Origin: Eledone cirrhosa
Taxonomy: Eukaryota
NCBI GenBank assembly: GCA_964016885.1
Contig: OZ024756.1
Location: forward strand, 40,610,001-40,674,000
Direction of reading: 5' to 3'
Length of the DNA: 64,000 bases
Numbering within the stretch: the stretch's first letter is position 1; each line of letters begins with the position of its first letter. The position numbers and the translations under genes are program-made. The notes under the pieces were generated by a model. It had not been told where the DNA came from and ran no database searches. It was given only the letters and a program-made list of their open reading frames with translations. This document shows, piece by piece, positions 49,201-60,397 of the stretch.

Positions 49201-52200
49201 TTAAAGCAATCATTAAAAACAACATTTCACTGTTTTTTTCTGTTATTAGTGTTTGACTACAGTTAAGAATGATAAGCTGTTGAATACTTGACAAGTTCAT
49301 GTTCAGAATATTATTATATAATTGATGGTAAGGTGCAACGAAAACAGCATAATTAATTCAATAGGTGTAATTAATTTAGTATCATGGTGCAGTTACTGGT
49401 GGAAAGACGGAATAATTTTGTAATGTTGCAAAATTGCAATACGTATTTCTATGGTCTGGTTTACATCATCAAATAATGATGTAAGACTTTAGCGAGATCA
49501 TCAGCTGTGGATTGTAACATTAGTTAATCTATAACAGAATTATGGCAAACACAAACATGTGTATGATAAAATAAGAATCAGATTTAAAAAAGTAAGTGCT
49601 GGGCTTGATAGGATCACTCAATCAAATCCCTTACAGGTAGTGCCCCAGCATGGCCACAGTCTAATGATTGAAACAAGTAAAATGTAAAAAAGAATATATT
49701 TTTAGTGTGTGAATTGATTAGATAAGATTATCAGTGAAATTGGTCTTCTAAACCATATATGTTTTACTAGGTCAGTTAAGATCCCTAATTATTGAGTTAT
49801 ATTTAATTAGGTGTTTCAGGTAAATAATACATTTTTTTAAATAGCTGAAGTAAGATTTATGTCCAGAAAACTAAACCTGGTGGAATGTTATGATGATCCT
49901 GTGTTTCAACAGGTTGGTATATGTGGAAAAATAAAGATTCTATTGTTGTCTTGTAATATTTCAGATCTCCATATTTCTTGTGATACCAGGCATCTACATC
50001 TAGAAAGTTCTGCTCTAAGGTACAGGCCTAGGCAAGGTTTTTATGGAAGACCAGTTAATTTTGGGAGGCCAGGAATGGTATGTCATATATACCAGGATTA
50101 GAGTCGATATAATAAAGTATCAGTTAAGTAGTGGGGATGATTTACTCAACTTTGCTGGGCCATGTTATGAGGATGTATCACATTTAACAAAACTTATGGG
50201 AAGCAAGCAGTTTATGTTACACAGTTATGTGACATAAAATATGGGAATGACGCAGGTGATGACACAGTTTCAAGGATGTTTTCTTAACACATATACTACT
50301 TAATTGTTGATAAAACACTGATCCATATGTCTTGTGCTTATCAATAGTTCATGTACACTTTCAACAGATGTTAGATAAATCACCCCCTCTTGATCTCCTA
50401 CAAGTTTTATTTCTGTAAGAGGTATTGAACCTTGCTTTTAGACATTTTCTAGTAATCATTATAGGGTGTTTAAGTGTTACAGTATATACCTGTATATGTA
50501 AATGAGGTGCTAAAATATTTTCACTTTGCAGGTGAATATTATACCAGTTTCACTTTAGAGATAAAAGTTGTTCCTGTTTTTGATTTTTTGAATGAATATG
50601 GCTGGTTCGAAATTGGTTTTAAAAAATCATTACATAATATAGTTATAAGACAAAAACTATATTCTAAATGTCACTTAAAACATTTTGAGTATCAAAATAT
50701 TAAAACTTCATGAAAATTTCAAAACCACACCATCTAAACATAACATGCTTTGACAGTTAATGAAGATGTTATGCTTCAATAATTTTTGAAATAATCAAGA
50801 ATTTAGAGAAATTTAGTTACCACGTACATAACTGTTATACTATTAAGCTGGTATTTGGGGCATAACAAAGCTTCCTATATAAAATGATGAAATGTTTTTA
50901 GACTTTAACTTGTAATGGGGGATGGTTTCAGGCAGTTTATAATCAAATAGTTAATTAGTTAGAGACTCAAACATTTGACTTTTGTATTATGTTGTATGAA
51001 CATATAATGAAGAATTAGCTCTCATTTATTTCCCTGTACCATCATTGACATGAAAAACACTCGTGACATTTCCATTTGACCCACAATAGAATTATTGTAT
51101 ATGAATGAAGCTTAACCTTTTACACTTATTATCACGTTGGATTCTTCTTTCTATATTAACACAAAGTATTTATACTCCAGCAAAGAGTTAAGTGAATGTT
51201 TCTGTGTTAGTAACATTTTAGAATAGATCTGAAAAGTATTACACCCTCACCCAGTCTATGTAAAACAAGGATGGGAATTTAGTCTCTATAGATCTGGGGT
51301 GGAGTACTGGCACAGGTGTTAGACATGGTTCTATTAGTCTCTATAGATCTGGGGTGGAGTACTGGCACAGGTGTTAGAATGTTAGACATAATTTGTTCCA
51401 GTTTTCTAATTCTCTCTCAAATCTTGTTCAGCATGGAGAGAGAATGAGCTCCACTACATTTAAAATGCCCAAGAGTGGACTGGATGCTTTTTGTCATGTT
51501 ATCAACATGGCCACCTTGAGTGGACTGGGTGCTTTTTATTGTTACCAAAACACACATACATGTGTATATATATATTATATATAAACACATATATGCATAC
51601 ATGTGTGTGTGTGTGTCAATAAATACGTCTTTATTTGTTCCAATGTCTGCTGTGGTTAGTCTCTAGCTGAGTTAATTATTGTTTCAGCTTTTGTTCTCCA
51701 AACTATTCTTTGCTCAAACACTGACACATATAAAGTTCACTCAGTGCAGATATCAACATTCTCTCTCTACTTTATCTTCTTTGTTTTGTATATTTTTAGG
51801 AGCTCCATTTAGGAGAACGTCCTACCAGAAACGAGATGTTGATCTGTCGGTGATACGCAAGACACTACATTGTGATACACATGCTCTTGTTCAGCAACTT
51901 CAGCTACGTGGTAGAACTTTTTATTATTATTATCGGATTGGCAAATCAGTAGAGCGTCAGACTAAATGCTTTGCAGTATTTAGTTATGGCCCTTTCTGTT
52001 CTGAGTTCAAATTCGTCTCACCCATGCAAGCATGGAAAATAAACCTTAAACAATGATCATGATGACCATATTACTTTTTACTGAATCTTATTATATTTAA
52101 CAGGGTTCACAATTGAACAAGCAGAAGCTATAACTGAAGCTCTTGTGGAAGTAGTTAATATGACCCTTGAGCAACAATCTAAAGACATGGTCACAAAAAC

Positions 52201-54691
52201 ACAACAGGTAATATATTTACCTTTAAAATTTCTGAATTAAATTTACCTGAAAATCTTTTTATTCTCTCTAACAGAAATATGTTGTGTTTCTCTGTAAATA
52301 TTTTCAATTTTAATAGAAAATTGTTATTCAACTTTTGAGAGAAGTATCTTGTGTTTGTTTCTCTCTATATAATTACAACATTAGGAAATCTAGACCTTTA
52401 GTGGTTCGTGAATGGATTTCATTTTCTCTTAAACTTTAAAATTTTTTCTACATTTTCTGCAGGAAATTGTAACCCAGCAACTATTAGCTGAGATTTCCGC
52501 TGTGAAGAAGGACATGATCATTCTTGAGAAGAGTGAATTCTCAAACTTACGCAATATAACTGAAGTAAGATTCTTAAAAAAAAAAAAAAAAAAACCATTC
52601 AATTCTGAAAATCATGTTTTGTTTGAAGCCAACCGCAATGTGAATTGTAGAGTAAATATTAAAAACATAACAATGACGTGAGGTTGTTACCTTGGAGTTA
52701 TTCATAGGTTCTTTATATTAATCCCAGAATGAGAGAGTCTATACTAATAGCCACCTAGAGCAACACCCAGTGGTTAATGTAGATATTTCAGAAATGATAC
52801 AACAATAATTTTGATCCATTCACTACTTTCAAACTTTTTAAAATGGCTTAACAGCAACAAAATATATATATACAGCTCCAAACTAGTTTCTTCTATTAAT
52901 CTTTTGATAAAGGGATTTTACCCTGAAATATAAAGGACCTATAAATAACTACAAGGTCATATTTTTAATTCACATTGTGGTAGCCTTCAAACTAGAACAC
53001 CATCTTACCAATTTTGATCCCTCATGTCTGTACTGGTCTTTTTTAGATTTTTGGGGAATGGAGTATATTTGATTTATTAGAGGCAAAGGAAAATACATTT
53101 TCATGTGATCATAATATACAACTTTATATTGGAATCTGTCTTACTTTTGTAAATCCTTGATCAATTTATAACACCTAACTTTCAGTAGCTTAAGCTTATT
53201 GTAATTCTATCCCTGTCTTTAATCATCTCTGATGCTAGAAAATATGGGATTGCTGTGACTTCCTTTATAAAGAATATTTTAATGTCTTCCTTCTATGCTT
53301 GCATGGGTTGTCACGTTCTGAGGCCATATTTTGCCCATACGCTCAGTTTTTATGTCTGGATGCCGATCCTATGGCCAACCACTTTTACAGCATGTACTTG
53401 GAAAATTTTATCATGCCTACAGCACCACCACCTTACAGGGTGGACTGGGTACTTTTTGTTATGGCATCAGCACTACTGTCTTACTGTGCATCATGAAACC
53501 AACATCACTACCTCATTGGATGGACTGGGTGCTTTTTGTCATGGCACCAAGTACATAAAAGACAAACACTTGTTTTGATTACCTTGATAATTTCTAACTT
53601 TGTTTCAGAAACAGAGTCGAGATATTTTGCAGCTGAAGGAATCATTAAAAGATGAAGTGAGTAAATTGCAGGGGAAAATTTTGTTGGATGTCAATCTTGA
53701 GAGAGGTCGTACCAATGAAGAAGTAAGTATCTTTCTAATAGTAAAACACCAAAGTAATTTTGAAGAAAGCTTGACAAATATTATGACATTTGAATTAATA
53801 AATAATCTGCAATATTTGCTTTAAAATATTTTTCTTGTTAACCTTCAAGTTTGCTGATCAAGAAACTCAACTTTCGAATGTCAATAACAAAATTGATACA
53901 AAAATTGCTGATCTCCGCACAACATTTGAACAACACAGAAATGATGTCTTAAAATATGCTGGAGGTAAGTTTAATTTCCATAACTCGTTATGTTAGGTGT
54001 GGGGGGTGGGGGGAGCAGTGAAGACCTTTGTCAGCTTGGTAGAGTACATCCCTCTTCAAGTTAGAATTGCAAGAGAAGGCAAACTCAAGAATATATTTTT
54101 ACAGTGCTGTAAAGCCGTCAGAATGTTTTGCAGTATCCATTCTGGTGTTCTGAGTCCACCAAAGTCAACTTTACCTTTCCTCATTTTGAAGGCAATTTAG
54201 ATAAATTTGTTGGTACTTCTGGACTATTTAAGAGTGTAGCCAGTTGGTTACATGATATGAACTACTGACCTCTCAGTTCAGTGTCCAGTATTAACCATAT
54301 TTGGTTCTATCATGAAAAAGTGTTCATGTTAAACATTCTCCATCATAATTATATGTCAGAACTTTTTTCCTGTTTTAAATATCAACTTAGGAAAAATTTG
54401 CTAGTTTAACTAACTTTTACTATTTAAAAATATGTTTGAAAAATTATAGGCAGTTATATTTCATTAGAAATGAAGGAGTAAAAACCATTTGTTGAAAGGT
54501 TGATTCTCTGATCTCCACTGAAGCTATAAAATCAATCAGCTACATTGTCAATTGATCTTTAGTTATCTCAGGAATTTAAACTCAGATTGAAAACCTTGAT
54601 TTTTATATTAATCACCTATTTCTTTCTATTTCCAGGAACCATTTTTTCGTGTCTGACAATTTCTCTTGGCTTTTATCGTTTATGGTCCTGA
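46291..54691 (+). CDS. MCUR1: Mitochondrial calcium uniporter regulator 1 / CCDC90 family (DUF1640) protein
   Basis: Well-supported exons 51800-51910, 52104-52207, 52463-52564, 53609-53722, 53850-53964, 54636-54691 give DTHALVQQLQLRGFTIEQAEAI...VKKDMIILEKSEFSNLR...DVNLERGR...LKYAGGTIFSCLTISLGFYRLWS. Probable first exon 46291-46387 (MASARFTVLPLLRKS, presequence-like) is phase-compatible with 51800. Extra small exons (e.g. 49965-50019) are possible. MCUR1 vs CCDC90B cannot be resolved. Confidence 0.88.
47330..47545 (-). mobile_element. Short LINE ORF2 fragment in MCUR1 intron 1
   Basis: Peptide KVKTWEDFRVKLECDFRSANKVFWQTICRLR resembles the linker between endonuclease and RT of RTE-type LINEs. 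Confidence 0.5.
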
Positions 54692-55186
54692 CCACAACTC
54701 AAAATTAACCCAACAAGAACTTATAAATCAATAGCTTTTATTTCACTATTCAACGAAATGGAGAGATGGACATTTACAAACTTCCTGTAGAAATAAGTTT
54801 GTTAAATTTGAACTTTGTTATATAGTTACTTAAATAGTAAATATTTCCTTCCCTCGGTTCCTTCCATGAAGGGTCTGGTGTACACAGTCACACAGATATT
54901 TTTAGAAGGTAAATAAGGCATAACATACCTTGCTCCTTTATCTGCAAATATAGGGGACAGGGTGTGGAAAATAATTCTAATATCACATAAAAAGGTTTTC
55001 CCCAGAGACAAAAAATATGGACGGATATTTACTTCTTAGCAAGTTAAAAAATATCAACGTAATAATTTACCTAGAAGCATTTAAGAAAGAAATGCATCCA
55101 TATCTAGAAAAAAAGAATACAGATTTATTACTGTTTTTTTTGTTTTGTTTTTTAAATATATAATTAAAGAGAAAGGAGGGATTTAA

Positions 55187-58100
55187 TTAGTAATAATCGT
55201 CATCAGAATCGTCCATTTGAACTCTTCTTCGGTCAAACTGAAAATATATGGAAAAAAAGAAAAGTTTTTGTTAATATGAAATTCTATATGAGACAGAATC
55301 ACAGGCATTATGTTTTTAAATTATTATTTTAATAAAGTATATATTTTTTTAAATTGGGATCAAGAAATATATTCGTTTTTGTGAATGTCTACCATCTACT
55401 GTGCTGATGATTAAAACTGCTTTCCATGGCATTAGATTAAAGTAAATCTTTCCAGCTTGCAATGTCAATCTAACCCTTAACTAACTTTCCTATGGCCAGA
55501 ATTGAACTTGGCATTGTTATATAGTTTTAATTTTGCATTGCAACCATTGCTTACAGTGGTAGCTTCTAGCAGCCATGTGGACTGCAGTTTCAGAGCTAAG
55601 GATATATTACTACCTGTAAATGTTGACAAACTACAATCTGCCAATCTCTCGCCTGATAACTCATTTACCTGTCAATATATTACCTGCTGAGTATTCAAAT
55701 ATACAATGAAAACAAATACTATTTTATAATTATTAAATAAAAACTCTTATCAAAATCCTAATTTTTGCCTCGTGTTTTCTATATTTTGTTAATTATAAAT
55801 AATTAAGGAATCCTTAATGGTTTTGTTCAAAAGACAGATTTTAAACTTTATTGGGATTTCTGAAGATACTAAGAAATATTTTGATAATGGATTCATCCTT
55901 GATTCCCCACAACCATAACCCTAATGCACCCACGTCGCTGGTGGCAATGTGCTAGCCGCTCTGCATCATCCAAGGTGATGTCAAGCCTCTGGAGATCCTT
56001 CCTAATTACATCCAGCCAACTGTTGCATCAAACGAAATGAAGGCCCTGGTCGGAGGCTATGGGCTGATGCATGCGTGAATGCAACTTTTTGATGGAAACA
56101 ACAAAGAAAAAAGAAATTCTCACCTTTACTGTAGTTTTCCGCTGTGTTTGCTCGCTAACTTGTTCCAATAGGCTAATTAAATGAGTTTCACTAAGCTGTC
56201 ATTAGAAACAAAAAAAACAAAACAATTAATACCTCAGCTAAACAATAATTATAAATTAAATATAACACATTTGTATTTCAATTAACAACTTTGAAGGATT
56301 CAATAAAATTATTCAGATTGTATTGGTAACATTACATAAAGTACATATGTCAATCAAATATGTTTGAAGGTTTTAAATTACCCCTCACCACCCTGTAAGA
56401 TAAGTAGTGCTGGTACCACAATAATACACCCAGTCCACTCTGTAAAGTGGTAGTGCTGGTACCACAATAGTACACCCTGTAAAGTGATAATGCTGGTATC
56501 ACAATAATACACCTGGTAAGGTAGTAGTGCTGGTATCACAGTAAAATACACTCTGTAAAATGGTAGTGCTGGCGCCACCATAAAATACACCCAGTCCACT
56601 CTGTAAGGTAGTAGTGCTGGCACCACAATACAATACACCCAGTCCACTCTGCAAGGTAATAGTGCTGGTACCACCATAAAATACATCCAGTACACTTTTT
56701 ACAATACCAATAGTACTATACTAACATTACAATACCAATAGTACTGTACTAACATCATAATTCCAATACTAACCTTTGTAGAGATCTGTCCACTTGTTGC
56801 CATTTGGCATAACATACTTTCTACCATTTTAGCCTTTTCTGGTTTAGCAACAGCAATGGTGTTTACTACAACAAATAAATAAAAACAACATAAATGGTTA
56901 GTTTGTAGGTGGAGGAGGGGGATGTGTGACAGTCAGATGTTCAGACCAAGTAAAACAGGTGCTGATGTCATGACAAAAGCACCCAGTCCACCCTGTAAAG
57001 TCAGTGCTGGTGTCATGACAAAAGCACCCAGTTCACCTTGTAATGTCATAGTGCTGATGCCATGACGAAAAGCACCCAGTCCATCCTGTAAGGTGGTAGA
57101 GCTGGTGCTATGATGAAAAGCACCCAGTCCACCCTGTAAGGTGGTAGAGCTGGTGCTATGATGAAAAGCACCCAGTCCACCCTGTAAGGTGGTAGAGCTG
57201 ATGCCATGATGAAAAGCACCCAGTCATCTCGGTAAGGTAGTAGTGCCAGAATCATGATGTTTCCAGTACACTTTTTAAAGTGGTTGGCTTTAGGAAAGGC
57301 ATCTAGCTCTAGAAATCCAACCAAAAACAGAGCATGGAAAATAGACAAGAAATAGTGATGATAACATTTTTGAAAAAAAAAATGATCTGCCCACTAATAA
57401 AAACATAGATATTTGAATTGACAAACCTACTTAAATATTTTCTGCTAAATCATTAAGAGTTAAATAAGAAATATAATAGAGAATACATACACCTAGCTCT
57501 GGCTGATTGATCTAAAACTTGAGACAATATAGAGTTTCTCATCTCTTCTTGTTGCTGAAGTTTCTGTTCTGAATCTTCTTTACTACGGCGGTTACTGTTA
57601 GACATCTGGAATATGAAATATATACAAGTTAGGTGAAGGTTTTAACGGACATCTGGAATATGAAATATATACAAGTTAGGTGAAGGTTTTAACGGACATC
57701 TGGAATATGAAATATATACAAGTTAAGTGAAGGTTTTAATGGACATCTGGAATATGAAATATAAGTTATGTGAAGGTTTTAACCGACATCTGCTATGTGA
57801 AATATATATAAGTTATGTGAAGGTTTTAACTGACATCTGCTATGTGAAATATATATAAGTTATGTGAAGGTTTTAACTGACATCTGCTATGTGAAATATA
57901 TACAAGAGAGGTGATGGCTTACAGTTAGACATCTAGAATGTGAAATATGTACATGGTGAAGGTTTTAATTGACATCTGCTATGTGAAATACAAGTTAGGT
58001 GAAGGTTTCAACTTAGAGACTAGAGAGCCAGAACAAATATCACAAACTATTCTATCCGTTATTCTAATGACTACCAATTCACTGCCATAAGTTCCTATAT

Positions 58101-60094
58101 TTATCTGTAATACCAATTCTGGGCCATAACTGTTTCAGGAACATTTTCTGGGTTTTTTTTATAAGATGCATATCTTGTACAAAACCAACTGGCAGGGGAA
58201 CCAGGGATAACATCCATGAGCTTGGCTGGTATCACTTAGGGATCCAACCAGATCAATTAAAGACAGGACCCACTGGAAGGAGTGTTTGAGGACTCTGCCC
58301 CAACGACCCTCCCAGGAATAAGTGGGCTTAGAAGATATCTTTCAATAAAATTTGAATGAAATTCTTGGCAACATCAAAAAATGCATGGTACAGTACACTA
58401 GAAGATATGTAACTTAGTGGTTAGAGTATTTGACTCATGAATATAAAGTCATGAGTTCGATTCTTGGTAGTCTAAAGTATCCTTAAGCAAAACACTTTAT
58501 TTTACGTAGCTACAGTCCACTCAACTGACAAAAATGACCTGTAATTTAAAGGGACAGCCTTGTCACACAATCTCCCTGAGAATTACGTTAAAGGTACACG
58601 TGTCTGTGGAATGTTCAGAGGTGGTTAGGGCTGATCTTAATGACTTAGCGATTACGAAAGCGTGCGGAAACTACCGAACTCATTTACATCGTCTAGACCG
58701 AAGACGAAGGATCGCCCTCAACTATCTTTAAAAAATTTATATAGTGAGAGAAAAATAATTGTTTCTACTTTTGGCACAAGGCCAGCAATTACTCAGTATA
58801 TTACTGGTACTTTATTTTATCGACCCCGTAAGGATGAAAGGCAAAGTTAACCTTTCACCCTTACGGGGTCGATAAAATAAAGTACCAGTAATGTACTGGG
58901 TATTTGCTGGCCTTGTGCCAAAAGTAGAAACAATTATTATTAGTTATTAACTAATATTATTTTGGTTCTTTCAGAAAGTTCAAGGAGCAACGCCGTACAT
59001 GTTTTGGCCTTATCAGACCTTCTAAGCGAAGCATAAATTTTCGCGTAGTTGTCAAAAATTAGAAAATATATAAATATATGTAACCGAGTTGATGCTCGGT
59101 TTACCGTGCTTGCATGGGAATATAATTATATCAAATTGAATTCTAACATATCCAGTAAACAGAAGTGACTTAATAAGAATATGAAAGCATTGTGTTTAAA
59201 GATTTATACTGCTAACAGAAAAGACAATATTTCTAGAACAGTCTTCTAGAACAAATGGAGTGAAGCTACTTCTGTCTTCATATTATATTACTACTGTACT
59301 TAGTAAAGACAACTATTAACTACTATGTTCTTTTACATCTATTTCTGTTGTAAACCAAAGATGCTAATTATAATAAATTTTCTTGATCACCGAAGTAATT
59401 TATTCATTATTAATATGATTATCGATCAATCTAGCAAATATAATGTTTAAAAGCCAAATAGCCTCTATGAAAGATCGTCATATGTACAAAGAAGTGGACA
59501 GAATATTAGGTAGGCTGGTAAATTCATGAAATAACTCAACAAAGACATCTGAAGTAGTTTGATATTTAATCCTTTTTACCGAACGACGAAAGAGAAAGCT
59601 GAACAAATTGACAATGGCAAAATTATAAATCCATTTACATCTAAAGACATTTCTTGTGATTAGAACAAATAAATTATTTTCAAGTTTAACATATATTTTA
59701 ATTTCACGTTTTCCGTAATAATTACTTTGTTTGCATTAGTAATGTAGGTTTGAAACAAGCCGAGTCAACTTCAGCTAGAAATAGCAGCCAACTGTCTTAA
59801 CATAGTAAAAGACATGTTGGATAATGTCGTTCTAGATAAACAAGATGGGATGGTCACGGCTGGAATGCCTCTGTTCATACGATTACTCGATCAGGATTTG
59901 ACCTAGGGCTAAAACAACGACCGTTTAAAACAAGAATTGTTCAACTGACAGTCACCATCTAAATACTGTACATTACACGCTGATGTAATTTCTATATTAT
60001 TTATTTAAAACTTAAAAATGCAACTCACCCCACTTTGTCTCTGCAGCTCAGCCATTCGTCGAGCACGAATTGCTTCTAATTCTGGATCAGCCAT
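55187..60094 (-). CDS. PDCD5: Programmed cell death protein 5, 5 coding exons
   Basis: Exons 60094-60029, 57605-57491, 56865-56774, 56195-56124, 55237-55187 give MADPELEAIRARRMAELQ...[35 protein letters not shown]...[35 protein letters not shown]. Confidence 0.96.
56390..56695. repeat. Degenerate tandem repeat of the CACCCAGTCCACTCTGTAAG...TGCTGG motif (family B derived)
   Basis: The same motif is also tandemly expanded at 56955-57250 and 2570-2910. Confidence 0.75.
57601..58010. repeat. ~47-bp tandem repeat overlapping the PDCD5 exon 2 acceptor
   Basis: GACATCTGGAATATGAAATATATACAAGTTAGGTGAAGGTTTTAAC recurs at 57601, 57648, 57695, 57742 and onward, diverging distally. Confidence 0.92.
58405..58620 (+). 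mobile_element. tRNA-headed SINE (family C, CORE-like body)
   Basis: A-box TAACTTAGTGG, B-box GAGTTCGATTC, then CCTTAAGCAAAACACTT...CAGTCCACTCAACTG. Similar heads at ~9595-9770 and ~41360-41570. Confidence 0.6.
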
Positions 60095-60397
60095 ATCGAC
60101 TCTAGCCTAAATTAGACGGAAAAAACAATTTTAACCACCTAAAATTTAATGGCAGAAATAACTAATAACCATGTGACACCTCTAGTTGGGAAAGTGAATA
60201 CTTTTTTTTCTTCCATCCCAGAATCAATTTTAAAAATAAAACATTATTTTTTCTTTTCTTTCATATCATACCTTATTATTTTATTCAATTTTTTTTTCAA
60301 AGAAATTCCGTGCGTTCAAAAATAAATTCTATTTGAAGTGAATAACAAAAGGGAAGAGTAATTTATCACTCTCCAGATGTAGGTGAAGTTGGTGACT
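60095..60397. promoter_or_regulatory. Putative bidirectional promoter PDCD5 / CCNDBP1
   Basis: 303 bp separate the two divergent start codons. Confidence 0.6.
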
